Source: an uncultured Chloroflexia bacterium (GTDB lineage Bacteria; Chloroflexota; Anaerolineae; Anaerolineales; UBA4823). From it: DNA of 64,000 bases. A model generated the notes under the pieces. The model searched no databases. It was not told where the DNA came from and worked only from the letters and a program-made list of their open reading frames with translations. Position numbers and translations under genes: made by a program. Below are positions 21,086 to 30,297 of the stretch, piece by piece; positions within the stretch are counted from its first letter, which is position 1; every line of letters starts with the position of its first letter. The stretch covers positions 81,835 to 145,834 of the forward strand of contig CAWKGZ010000010.1 in NCBI GenBank assembly GCA_963849335.1, given 5' to 3'.

Positions 21086-22123
21086 ATGTCTGCTGATGTT
21101 TCTACCAACGGTTATTTAAGCGGTTCCAACCTCGAAAAAGTCCTGCGTTCCGGCGTCTTTGCCGTCACCGGCGAGGTCGGTCCACCGCAATCTGCGGATG
21201 CAAAGGTGGTTCGTGACAAAGCTTCTCTGTTGATTGGCAACTGCGACGCGGTCAACATCACCGATAACCAAACGGCTATTGTGCGCATGTCCAGCATCGG
21301 TGCTGGAACTCTGGTCTTGAACCAGGGTTTGGAACCAATTATCCAGATGGTATGCCGTGACCGCAACCGTTTAGCCATGCAAAGCGACTTGCTCGGTGCT
21401 TACGCCCTTGGTATCCGCAATTTGCTTTGCCTTTCTGGGGATCATCAAACCTTCGGAAATCATCCCAATTCCAAGAATGTTTATGATTTGGATTCTGTCC
21501 AAATGATCCAGATGGTAGCCGAGATGCGCGACAAGCATGTCTTCCAATGCGGTGATCCGATCAAAGGTGTGGAACCCCGTTTCTTTGTCGGTGCGGCAGC
21601 TGCACCCTTTGCTGGTCCGGTCGAATATCGACCCTACCGCCTGGCTAAAAAAGTTCAGGCTGGAGCGAACTTCATCCAGACCCAATTGATCTATGATATG
21701 GATGCCTTCAAAGTTTTTATGGAAAAGGTACGCCAGTTGGGATTGCACGAGAAAACTTATATCCTGGCCGGTGTTGGTCCGATTAAGAGCCCTGCCATGG
21801 CAAAGTATATGAAAGACAGCGTCCCCGGCATCCTGGTTCCCGATGTCCTGATCGACCGCATGACTGCCGCCGGCAAACCCTGGGCTCACATTGGTAAAGA
21901 CCAGCTCACCAAGGAAGACAAGAAAGCTCGCTCCGAAGCCTGGAAGGCAGAAGGTATCAAAATTTGCATCGAGCTGGTCCAACAGCTCCGGGAAATCGAA
22001 GGCGTCGCTGGCGCGCACATCATGTCCATCGAATGGGAAGAAGCCATCCAACCTATCGTCGCAGGCGCCGGGTTGCTGCCCCGCCCTGTGATCCAGGATA
22101 GGCTGCCCCAACCGGTGCCTTAG
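21086..22123 (+). CDS. metF: Methylenetetrahydrofolate reductase
   Basis: Motifs TGEVGPP, NITDNQ, CRDRNR, LSGDH, KKVQAGANFIQTQ and AHIM. Confidence 0.93.
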   Translation: MSADVSTNGYLSGSNLEKVLRSGVFAVTGEVGPPQSADAKVVRDKASLLIGNCDAVNITDNQTAIVRMSSIGAGTLVLNQGLEPIIQMVCRDRNRLAMQSDLLGAYALGIRNLLCLSGDHQTFGNHPNSKNVYDLDSVQMIQMVAEMRDKHVFQCGDPIKGVEPRFFVGAAAAPFAGPVEYRPYRLAKKVQAGANFIQTQLIYDMDAFKVFMEKVRQLGLHEKTYILAGVGPIKSPAMAKYMKDSVPGILVPDVLIDRMTAAGKPWAHIGKDQLTKEDKKARSEAWKAEGIKICIELVQQLREIEGVAGAHIMSIEWEEAIQPIVAGAGLLPRPVIQDRLPQPVP

Positions 22124-22133
22124 GAGTTAGACT

Positions 22134-23555
22134 ATGACCGATCCCCAAATGCCTTCACCGAAACCCTTTACCATCAACCAAAACCTCGCTAGACGAATCC
22201 AGGATGAGCTTGGGCAGAACGTCTTCCTGTGCTACCAATGCATCAAGTGCACCAGTGGTTGTCCTGTAGCCGAATTCTTTGACTGGCAGCCAAATCAGAT
22301 CATGCGCGCGCTTCAATTAGGCGATGAGCAGATTGCGCTCCATGCAGAGACCCCCTGGTTGTGCGCTTCCTGCCAGACCTGCACCACTCGCTGCCCACAA
22401 GATTTGAACATCGCTGGCATTATGGATTTTCTTACCCGTGAATCGGTCAGGGTTGGTGTACAGCCTCCCATCCCGCAGGTGAATACCTTCAACCAGGCCT
22501 TCTTACGCGAGGTGCGCCTGTGGGGTCGTTCCTACGAACCAGGCTTGATGATTGAAATGGCGCTGCATGGTCCCCGGGCATTGCTGGAGGATACAAAGCT
22601 GTATATCAGCATGCTCAAAAAGGGAAAGGTTAGCTTCTTCCCAGAGCTAACCCGTCCGCATCACAATGTAAAACCAATCCCTGGTGCCAACCATGCCGTC
22701 GCATATTATCCTGGCTGTTCTCTCCACTCCAGCGCAACAGAATTCGATCATTCCACCCGGACAGTGTGTGAGGCTCTTGGTCTCAACCTGGTCGAGCCGG
22801 AAGGTTGGCTGTGCTGCGGTGCCAGTGCGGCCCATCGCGCCGATCCACATGAAGCGCTCCGCCTGCCCATGGAAAACCTGGCATTGATTGAGCAGAGCGG
22901 TTTCAATGAGGTTTCGATGCCCTGCGCAGCGTGCTTCAACCGTCACAAAGCTGCTCAGTATGAGATCCGCCACAGCGCGCAGCATAAAGCTGCCATCGAT
23001 GAGCAAATTGGCTATGTTTATCAAGATCAGGTAGCTGTCACCACCATGGTCCAATCGCTGCTGAAGCACATCGGGACGGATAAAATAAGCCGGGCAGTGA
23101 AAAAACCACTCAAAGATCTCAATGTGGTCTGTTATTATGGCTGTCTGATAACCCGTCCACCTCAGATAACGCAGTATGAACATCCCGAAAATCCCACCGA
23201 TATGGATGAGTTGGTCCAGGCGCTGGGAGCCGAGGTTCATGACTGGTCATATAAAACATGCTGCTGTGGTGCCGCACACTCGTTGACCCGCCCAGATATT
23301 GTGGTCAATCTCAGTACCTCTCTGATCTTGAACGCACACGCTGCCGGTGCGGAAGCCATCGTTGTATCCTGCCCGCTCTGTCACATGAACCTGGATGCCC
23401 GTCAAATGCAGATGGATATTGCTGAACCGATGCCCATCCTGTATTTCTCCCAGCTGATGGCAGTGGCACTCGACCTGCCTCTCAAGGCTGCTGCCCTGAA
23501 CAAGAACCTGGTCAACCCAATGCCGCTTCTGCGCCAGAAAGGATTCATCGACTGA
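22134..23555 (+). CDS. Fused HdrC-HdrB heterodisulfide reductase-like protein
   Basis: N-terminal CYQCIKCTSGCP and WLCASCQTCTTRCP (HdrC). Two CCG domains, YYPGC..CCG..PCAAC and YYGC..CCG..SCPLC (HdrB). Confidence 0.9.
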   Translation: MTDPQMPSPKPFTINQNLARRIQDELGQNVFLCYQCIKCTSGCPVAEFFDWQPNQIMRALQLGDEQIALHAETPWLCASCQTCTTRCPQDLNIAGIMDFLTRESVRVGVQPPIPQVNTFNQAFLREVRLWGRSYEPGLMIEMALHGPRALLEDTKLYISMLKKGKVSFFPELTRPHHNVKPIPGANHAVAYYPGCSLHSSATEFDHSTRTVCEALGLNLVEPEGWLCCGASAAHRADPHEALRLPMENLALIEQSGFNEVSMPCAACFNRHKAAQYEIRHSAQHKAAIDEQIGYVYQDQVAVTTMVQSLLKHIGTDKISRAVKKPLKDLNVVCYYGCLITRPPQITQYEHPENPTDMDELVQALGAEVHDWSYKTCCCGAAHSLTRPDIVVNLSTSLILNAHAAGAEAIVVSCPLCHMNLDARQMQMDIAEPMPILYFSQLMAVALDLPLKAAALNKNLVNPMPLLRQKGFID

Positions 23556-23564
23556 TTTAATCGT

Positions 23565-23903
23565 ATGCCTGACTCTAGCACACTGACTCGGAACTTATCC
23601 CTGCGTAAAATCGTGTTGCTAAAGACTGGCCAGGATGTGAGACGCTGCATGGCCTGTCAGTTTTGCGATGTCATACCCAGCCATGAATTGGACATCCCGC
23701 TTACCAGTATGATCCAATTGATCAACCTGAATGATGAAGAGGTTCTTACCAGTAAAACCCTCTGGTCCGCGGAAGTTCTGACCCATGCGAGGGAGGCGTG
23801 CTCTCGCCAATTAAATTTAGAAGCTATCATCCTCGCCCTGCGCAGCGAAGCCGTGCTTCGCGGGCTGGTGCCAGAGGAGATAGCCAAAAAGGATGAACTA
23901 TGA
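23565..23903 (+). CDS. Degenerate HdrC-like small FeS protein
   Basis: GQDVRRCMACQFC...SKTLW...EACSRQLNL..I..LR.EA parallels HdrC but retains only four Cys. Confidence 0.65.
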   Translation: MPDSSTLTRNLSLRKIVLLKTGQDVRRCMACQFCDVIPSHELDIPLTSMIQLINLNDEEVLTSKTLWSAEVLTHAREACSRQLNLEAIILALRSEAVLRGLVPEEIAKKDEL

Positions 23904-24703
23904 AACTAGCCATCAGTGGAAAAGGTGGGGTCGGCAAGACTACTCTCGCTGCATTACTATCGCAGGTTTACGCCGATGCGGGACGCCAGGTCTTGGCCGT
24001 TGACGCAGACCCATCTCCCTGCCTGGCGGGTGCCCTCGGCTTTCCAACGGAGCTGCGCCAGCGCTTGCACCCGATTGCCGAGATGGATGCCCTGATCGAA
24101 GAACGCACCGGGGCAAAACCTGGCACCATCGGTGGCTTCTTCACTATCAATCCCCGAGTGGATGATATCCCCGAACGCTTCAGTGTGATGTACAAAGGTG
24201 TCCGTTTGCTCGAAATGGGCTCCGTAGATCTTGGCGGTTCCGGCTGCATTTGTCCCGAAGCTGCCATGCTTAAAACTCTCTTCACCCACCTGCTTTTCCG
24301 TCCCGATGATATCCTGATCCTGGATATGTACGCCGGCGTCGAACACCTCGGGCGTGCCACGGTTGATTTCGTCGACGCCATGCTGATCGTTGTGGAACCT
24401 ACCCGCCGCAGTATCGGCACCGCCACCCAGATCGTGAAACTTGCGCAGGATATCGGTTTGAAACGTCTCTGGTTGGTCGGCAATAAAGTCCGTAACCCTG
24501 ACGAAGGCAATTTCCTCCTTGAGAATACACCCGGAATCCCTGTTCTCGGTTGGCTGCCTGCTGATCTTGGCGTACAGGAAGCAGACCGGCTCGGAATCCC
24601 CGTCTATGACCATGTCCCTGCCCTGCGCCAGATTGCCAGCCAGCTTGCTGATCTTCTATCTCAACAAATCGCAGCCACAAGCCAGGAGAACACCGCCGCA
24701 TGA
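23900..24703 (+). CDS. cooC: CODH/ACS nickel-insertion ATPase
   Basis: Motifs GKGGVGKT, DADP, GCIC and D..AGVEHLGR. Confidence 0.9.
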   Translation: MKLAISGKGGVGKTTLAALLSQVYADAGRQVLAVDADPSPCLAGALGFPTELRQRLHPIAEMDALIEERTGAKPGTIGGFFTINPRVDDIPERFSVMYKGVRLLEMGSVDLGGSGCICPEAAMLKTLFTHLLFRPDDILILDMYAGVEHLGRATVDFVDAMLIVVEPTRRSIGTATQIVKLAQDIGLKRLWLVGNKVRNPDEGNFLLENTPGIPVLGWLPADLGVQEADRLGIPVYDHVPALRQIASQLADLLSQQIAATSQENTAA

Positions 24704-25491
24704 CCACCACTATCGCATTAGCCGGTAAAGGCGGTGTGGGGAAAACCACCGTCTCAGGCATGATTATAAAATACCTGGTTCAAAATCAATCCGGCCCCAT
24801 CCTCGCCATTGATGCTGACCCAAGCAGCAATCTGAACATGGTTCTTGGCCTTGATTTGGATGTCACCGTCGGTGACATCCGTGAAGACATGCTTGCCCAG
24901 GTAAAGCACTCGCTTCTTGGGACTGGCGCTGCCATGGGCGGGCTGCCCGGTGGTATTTCGAAACACGACTATCTCGACCACCAGATCCGTTCCTCCCTGT
25001 CTGAAGGAAAGGCTTTTGATCTCATCGCCATGGGTCGTGGCGAGGGGACCGGTTGCTACTGCGCTGTCAATCACAACCTGCGTGAAGTTATCGATGCCAT
25101 CAGCAAAAATTATCGCTATGTTGTCATTGACAATGAAGCCGGCATGGAACACCTCAGCCGGCGTACCACTCGCGATGTCCAGCACCTGATCATTGTCAGC
25201 GATCCTACGCAGCGTGGGATAATTGCCGCCAGCCGGATCGCCGAAATAAGTAAAGAGTTGGATATCCGCATCGAAAATGCATATTTAGTCATCAACCGTC
25301 TGGCAGGGGATATCCCACCTGCACTGGACACTTATATTAAAACCAACCTGGATGTACCTCTCCTGGGAACCATCCCTAGCGATTCAATGCTGATGGATTT
25401 TGAGTACAGCGGGCGCCCACTGGTCGAGTTAGGCGATCAATCCCCGGTCTACCAATCCGTTGCCCGCATGCTGGACCAGATTTTATCGTAA
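24700..25491 (+). CDS. cooC: CODH/ACS nickel-insertion ATPase (second paralog, AcsF-like)
   Basis: Motifs GKGGVGKT, DADP, GCYC and DNEAGMEHLSRRT. Confidence 0.9.
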   Translation: MTTTIALAGKGGVGKTTVSGMIIKYLVQNQSGPILAIDADPSSNLNMVLGLDLDVTVGDIREDMLAQVKHSLLGTGAAMGGLPGGISKHDYLDHQIRSSLSEGKAFDLIAMGRGEGTGCYCAVNHNLREVIDAISKNYRYVVIDNEAGMEHLSRRTTRDVQHLIIVSDPTQRGIIAASRIAEISKELDIRIENAYLVINRLAGDIPPALDTYIKTNLDVPLLGTIPSDSMLMDFEYSGRPLVELGDQSPVYQSVARMLDQILS

Positions 25492-25499
25492 AGTGGCAG

Positions 25500-26153
25500 T
25501 TATTTACGCCCCAACCCCCGAAAGAATACCTCTAAGCCTCGAAAACAGCTGGCATTTAACTTGTGCCCCACATCGTGCTCGCAGTATGTAACCTCTGCCC
25601 CGGCCAGATCGAAGGTTTCAACCGCCTTCCGCGCCCGATCAACCGGTACCAGAACGTCCTTCGTTCCATGCGTGATGAACACCGGCAATCCGGTTAATCG
25701 GCGCGAGGAGCGCTCGAGGAGGATCCCTTCAGGCAGGAAGCCGGAAAGCGCTGACAAGCTGGCAACACGCTCTGGATGACTCAGGGTGAAGGCGTAAGCC
25801 AATGCTGCTCCCTGGCTGAATCCGACCAGATGCAGCTCCGAGAAATCCGCCGCCGGAAATCTCGCTTGAGTCAGCCACTCATCCAGTGCTTCCACTGCTG
25901 GATAAAAATGCTCCAGGCGCGGCCATCCGTTGAGCACCGCATGCCAGGCATATCCTCCCTGAGGTGCTGGGTATAGCCCACGTGGTGCGATCAGCAGCCG
26001 CTTGTCCGGCAGCCTGGAAGTGAATACCCACATCGAGTTCTCATCACCCGTCCACCCATGGAGCAGCAAGATCACCGCATACGGCCCGCTGCCTTCAGGT
26101 TGTGTGGTTCGATATACCCAATCCACCTTACCAGGGATTGCGTCCACGAACAC
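25500..26153 (-). CDS. Alpha/beta-hydrolase (phospholipase/carboxylesterase family)
   Basis: Motifs LLHGW, GFSQG, HGTKD..VP and GH. Confidence 0.85.
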   Translation of the reverse strand: MFVDAIPGKVDWVYRTTQPEGSGPYAVILLLHGWTGDENSMWVFTSRLPDKRLLIAPRGLYPAPQGGYAWHAVLNGWPRLEHFYPAVEALDEWLTQARFPAADFSELHLVGFSQGAALAYAFTLSHPERVASLSALSGFLPEGILLERSSRRLTGLPVFITHGTKDVLVPVDRARKAVETFDLAGAEVTYCEHDVGHKLNASCFRGLEVFFRGLGRK

Positions 26154-26383
26154 TACCTCCCATCTCCATTATTCTTACGCACAAACCACTCGATCCCCCA
26201 CAAGATCAATCCCGTCAGCCCCAACGGAGCCAGCCCCGCCAGGATGCACACCATCCCCATAACAGCAGCACCTTGTCCCCAAATAGCATAGATCAGCCCA
26301 TCGCCCACCAGGAACAGGATTAACAGGAAACCCACTAGCAGACGTATATTCGTTTGCTGGGCATATCGTCTCAAATCGCGCAT
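26153..26383 (-). CDS. Small membrane protein (two hydrophobic helices)
   Basis: Hydrophobic ORF whose stop overlaps the next start. A TACAAT hexamer lies 6 nt before the ATG. Confidence 0.65.
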   Translation of the reverse strand: MRDLRRYAQQTNIRLLVGFLLILFLVGDGLIYAIWGQGAAVMGMVCILAGLAPLGLTGLILWGIEWFVRKNNGDGR

Positions 26384-26436
26384 TCATCCATTGTACTCAG
26401 TCCCCCCAATACGGTCAAGAATGGTAAAATTCTCTA

Positions 26437-26787
26437 ATGCCACCAAGACCCATTTGGAAAGAAGATTACCTGGCGGAGATTTCACAGGCTAGAATTGCGC
26501 GCCTATCCGGTAATGAAGGCATGGCCCGCGTCTGCGCCCGCCGTGCTGTGGGCATCCTGCTCGGAGAATATTTATCCCGCCAGGGGATAACCAATCCAGG
26601 ATCGAGCGCCTACGATCGCCTCCGCCTTTTTCAAAGCTTACCTCACCTCGCTCCCCCTTTACCCCAGGTCATTGATCACTTCTTAGTACATGTTTCCCCA
26701 GATCACACCCTACCCGGCAATATTGATTTAATCGCCGAGGCAGAATGGCTTGCATCCCACATCCTCGGAGATGAGCAATTATCATGA
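26437..26787 (+). CDS. Hypothetical protein
   Basis: 116 aa ORF. TGgTAAAAT lies 6 nt before the ATG, and the stop overlaps the next gene (ATGA). Confidence 0.65.
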   Translation: MPPRPIWKEDYLAEISQARIARLSGNEGMARVCARRAVGILLGEYLSRQGITNPGSSAYDRLRLFQSLPHLAPPLPQVIDHFLVHVSPDHTLPGNIDLIAEAEWLASHILGDEQLS

Positions 26788-27572
26788 CTATGCGCATCCT
26801 GGCTGTTTTTACCGGCGATTACGGAGTTCGCCATATTGCCAATCTCAGAATGCATGCCCCCCCTTCGTGGCAGATCAACGAGTGGCGTTCCCCAACCAAT
26901 TTCCCCATCGTCATTGATGACCCCGCAGACTTCATCCCTGCGCACCTGCCTCCCACCGATTTGCTGCTCTCTTTTGCTGAGCACAAAGGTGTTGTCGAGC
27001 TCCTTCCTGACCTTGCCCGCATCTCAGCCGCCAAGGCGGTACTTGCTCCTGTGGACAGCGAGGCCTGGCTGCCGCGCGGGCTTGCTCGCCAGTTGCATGG
27101 TTGGCTGGAAAATATTGGCGTTGCCTGCGCCACCCCCAAGCCGCTCTGCTCCCTCACCGAAACCGATTACCTCGTTACCCGTCGCCAGCGGCGCCCATAC
27201 TCTGACCCTTTCATCTCCGCATTCGCCCAACACTTCGGACAACCCAACTTGATCCTGACAATTGACCCCCACACACACCAGATTATCGCTGCGCAGGTGC
27301 ACAGGGACGCCGTCTGTGGCTGCGCTCGATATGTAGCCCAACAACTGATTGGTGTTTCCGTCGCCGAGGCAGAATATACCGCTGGTATGGCACATCACCA
27401 TTATCCCTGCCTGGCAAGCATGGGTATCGATTCCGATTTCGGGGATACCCTCATGCATATTTCAGGGAATTTGACCAAAGATAATATTGCGGATCAGATC
27501 CTACCCTATAAACAAGTTCGATACATCGCACCAGGGTTTCGTGCCGCTGAAACTGACTTAAAAAAAGACTGA
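26784..27572 (+). CDS. DUF166-like protein (MJ0757-type family)
   Basis: Recognised from motifs G.YG.R, IDDP, PKPLCSL, FG.P, VHRDAVCG and HHYPCLASM....GDT.MH. Confidence 0.65.
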   Translation: MTMRILAVFTGDYGVRHIANLRMHAPPSWQINEWRSPTNFPIVIDDPADFIPAHLPPTDLLLSFAEHKGVVELLPDLARISAAKAVLAPVDSEAWLPRGLARQLHGWLENIGVACATPKPLCSLTETDYLVTRRQRRPYSDPFISAFAQHFGQPNLILTIDPHTHQIIAAQVHRDAVCGCARYVAQQLIGVSVAEAEYTAGMAHHHYPCLASMGIDSDFGDTLMHISGNLTKDNIADQILPYKQVRYIAPGFRAAETDLKKD

Positions 27573-27596
27573 TGCAGAGCAATGTCTGCATCAGTC
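27567..27596. terminator. Intrinsic terminator between convergent genes
   Basis: GACTGATGCAGA-GCAATG-TCTGCATCAGTC is a 12 bp perfect stem preceded by an A-run. Confidence 0.8.
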
Positions 27597-27622
27597 AATA
27601 AATCAGTTATTCTATTATAGTT

Positions 27623-27964
27623 TTAGGCTGCCGAATGGGCTGGGATGATCCGGCGTCTTCGGGATCTACGATTTTGATTGTTGTTTATACCGATCATCTT
27701 GAACAAGGAGATCACCACCCGGATCCACACGCCCAGGATGATGGTTACGCCCATCAAACTCAACACGAGCACTGTAATATTTTTCTTGGCCTGGTTCTCA
27801 ATTATCACGGCCTCCGGGAAAGCGTTGGTTATCACTCGCTCCCGTAATGAATGCACAAATTCCTGGCGCGGTGTTACCGGATGCATCACGGCCCCTAAAA
27901 TGGTTTCAACGTTCATAATTTCCTCCCCGCATGGTTTGCGTTTGAAATTAAATATCCTACCCAT
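27623..27964 (-). CDS. Small single-TM protein downstream of the ECF sigma factor (possible anti-sigma)
   Basis: One hydrophobic helix and a basic tail. The call rests on its position after the ECF sigma gene, and the start is uncertain. Confidence 0.5.
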   Translation of the reverse strand: MGRIFNFKRKPCGEEIMNVETILGAVMHPVTPRQEFVHSLRERVITNAFPEAVIIENQAKKNITVLVLSLMGVTIILGVWIRVVISLFKMIGINNNQNRRSRRRRIIPAHSAA

Positions 27965-28016
27965 TCTTACCTCTTAATTTCTCTACCTTTTCTTCCTTTG
28001 TTATTTCTCCCACACT

Positions 28017-28616
28017 CTATGTCAAATCTGCGCTTTGACTGAATTCCTCAACCAACTTTTCTTGCATATCATTCCGCAGCGAAAGCAGTGTCCGGTGGTA
28101 AAGGCTTTTCACTGCTCCCTCAGTTCGCCCCATGATCTGCCCAATCTCCGCATTCGAGAGATGTTCTACAAATTTAAGGATCAATAACTGCTGCCGTTCT
28201 GCGGGCAGCTTGCGAATGATCCGCAGCAATGCATCATGTTCCTCGGTTTGCAACATGGTCGATTCAGGATGCTCCGGGTGAGCCACAAATGATGTGCTCT
28301 CATCCAGTGGTATCTCCGGGCGACGACCTCGATCGCGGTGCCAGTTGGCTACCAGGTTATGTGCAATCCGGTATAGCCAGGCTGAGACAGGCAAGCCGCG
28401 GTTCTGGTAATCAGAGATCCGCCGCATAGCCCGAAAGAAAACCCGTGCCGTAAGATCTTCCGCCTCATGCATATTGCCGATTCGATAGTATATATAGTTG
28501 TAAATTCGGCCTACGTACTGCTCATACAGCAGTCCAAAAGCCTCCCGATCTCCCTGGATTGCCCGGTTGAGCGCCAGATCATCAGTCAGGTCTGGCATAT
28601 TCGGAATCCTTGGCAA
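28017..28616 (-). CDS. ECF (sigma-70 group 4) RNA polymerase sigma factor
   Basis: Motifs GDREAFGLLY, AEDL, AWLYRIAHN, LSNAEIGQIMG and AVKSLYHR. Confidence 0.92.
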   Translation of the reverse strand: MPRIPNMPDLTDDLALNRAIQGDREAFGLLYEQYVGRIYNYIYYRIGNMHEAEDLTARVFFRAMRRISDYQNRGLPVSAWLYRIAHNLVANWHRDRGRRPEIPLDESTSFVAHPEHPESTMLQTEEHDALLRIIRKLPAERQQLLILKFVEHLSNAEIGQIMGRTEGAVKSLYHRTLLSLRNDMQEKLVEEFSQSADLT

Positions 28617-28717
28617 TTGGAATCTCTACCATCTTAACCCCACCAGTCAACGATAGTTGCTTATAGATACACAATTCATTCAGCATCAAGTCTATTAGAA
28701 GGTAATTACACAGCCAG

Positions 28718-29317
28718 CTACCCGGCATAGTATCTCCAAACACTGATCACACTCCAAATATCCAGCACAAGAATTGCCAACCCCAATCCTGCCACCAGAT
28801 AATCAGCTTTCAGCCTCAATCTTTTCCAGATGATGCTCAAGATTGACCACAAACCATAGCACAGCACCCCCATGGTTGGTCTCCCAATCACTGAATATGC
28901 GTATCGCGCCCCCGGAATGAAAGATTTCACTGGTCGCCCGTCCGTTGATCTGGTTAGGATCATCGACTTGTAAAAGAAAGATCGGCTCCCCGATAGGTGC
29001 TTCTCACACCTGCAATTGGGTAGCTGCGGCTTGATCGATTGAGCGATACCATAAGACTGCATCCCCCGAAGCATACCGTTGCTGGCCTGTCATAAAATCC
29101 GTGATCGATCATCGACTAGGCAACTTCCCGGCGCATTTCTGCATCATTCCCCGGGTTGGGGAATGCAGCGCCAGTTGGCACCCAGTCAGGCGTATTCGAA
29201 ATGTATCGGCTCGTCATAATGCTGCCAGGGTGGGAGTAAAACCAGATTGCTCATTCCAGGTACCAACCCGATGACCAAGACAACCATCAAAGTCAACGGG
29301 GATTTTTTCTGCCCCAT
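28718..29317 (-). pseudogene. Decayed DUF2142-like membrane glycosyltransferase
   Basis: ATG at 29317 leads to PPWQHYDEPIHFEYA, then a TGA (29186-29188), a frameshift and a TAG (29116-29118) within MRREVA*SMIDHGFY. A hydrophobic C-terminal remnant (FIPGARYAY...) follows. Confidence 0.6.
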
Positions 29318-29802
29318 CATTGGCCGAGATTTTCCTTCCGTTCAATGACCAGCGCCTCGATCCGGGGGAGAGCATCCGTTAACAGCTGCTCCAGCTCGGC
29401 TGCGGTATCCTCATAATCAGCAGCACTCCCCCCAATCGGATCCAAGATATCGTGGCTCATCCCGATCATCTCCGAAAGCAGGTAGATCTTGGTGGCGAAC
29501 TTCGGGTAGGCTGCCTGTAAAGCCTCCTTATGGTTACGCTCCATGACTAAGATCAGATCATTATCAAGTAACATATCGTTGCTAGTGCATTGGGAGCGAT
29601 GGTTGCTCAGATCGATACCTTTGCGCCGCAGTGCTTTGACCGCACCTTCTGAGGCACGGTTGCCATCATAAGCCCATACCCCCGCCGATGAGACATGCCA
29701 CTCACCATCAGCTGCCCGCTGCTTTAGCAGGTTCTGATATAACGCTTCTGCCATTGGTGACCGGCACATATTTGCCGAACATACGAATAAAACACTATGC
29801 AT
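29317..29802 (-). CDS. Low-molecular-weight protein tyrosine/arginine phosphatase
   Basis: VLFVCSANMCRSPMAE P-loop and the DILDPIGG motif. Confidence 0.92.
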   Translation of the reverse strand: MHSVLFVCSANMCRSPMAEALYQNLLKQRAADGEWHVSSAGVWAYDGNRASEGAVKALRRKGIDLSNHRSQCTSNDMLLDNDLILVMERNHKEALQAAYPKFATKIYLLSEMIGMSHDILDPIGGSAADYEDTAAELEQLLTDALPRIEALVIERKENLGQ

Positions 29803-29805
29803 TTC

Positions 29806-30015
29806 TCACCTTCGTTTCAGCCATTGTCCGATAACTCGACCCACAAAGCGGGGGATTCCGATCGCATAGCGCCTCCATTTTCCCTTCGGATCCTCTTTCA
29901 ATCGCCAGGCCCATTCCATTCCGATCCGCTCCAGCCACTTGGGCACCGGTTTCTCCCACCCGGCTAAATAATCAAACAGTGCGCCCGCAGACCAGCAAAT
30001 TTCGGCTGGGATTTT
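29806..30015 (-). pseudogene. C-terminal fragment of a WecB/TagA/CpsF glycosyltransferase
   Basis: The minus-strand frame reads CWSAGALFDYLAGWEKPVPKWLERIGMEWAWRLKEDPKGKWRRYAIG. The N-terminus and start codon are absent. Confidence 0.8.
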
Positions 30016-30017
30016 TT

Positions 30018-30106
30018 ACCTCTCGGGATACCTCCCACAGCGACACTTCGCGCAGCGCCAGGTAGAGGGTCAATCGACTCAGCAGCAAGCCCAGGATCAC
30101 CCAGAT
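30018..30106 (-). pseudogene. N-terminal fragment of a membrane protein (flippase/LPG-synthase-TM-like)
   Basis: IWVILGLLLSRLTLYLALREVSLWEV has no start codon and joins the TagA fragment out of frame. Confidence 0.4.
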
Positions 30107-30297
30107 TTATTTAGAGGCTAATAGGTTTCGTATTTCAATTTATCGGGGTTAACTACAAGCGCACAAATCCAAATGTATGCTTATGTATTTATCCAGCAGC
30201 CGCAATACTCAAAGCTCCGCCCTTCCGACATTGATCTGACGGATTCGGATTCGCCTGATGACAGCATCCTCAGGGAGATCAGCTTACCGGCTGGCTC

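Noticed and set aside
29186..29188. In-frame TGA in the DUF2142-like gene as Sec or Trp recoding
   Set aside because: A frameshift and a TAG follow, and TGA is used as a normal stop throughout the window. Pseudogene decay is the simpler explanation.
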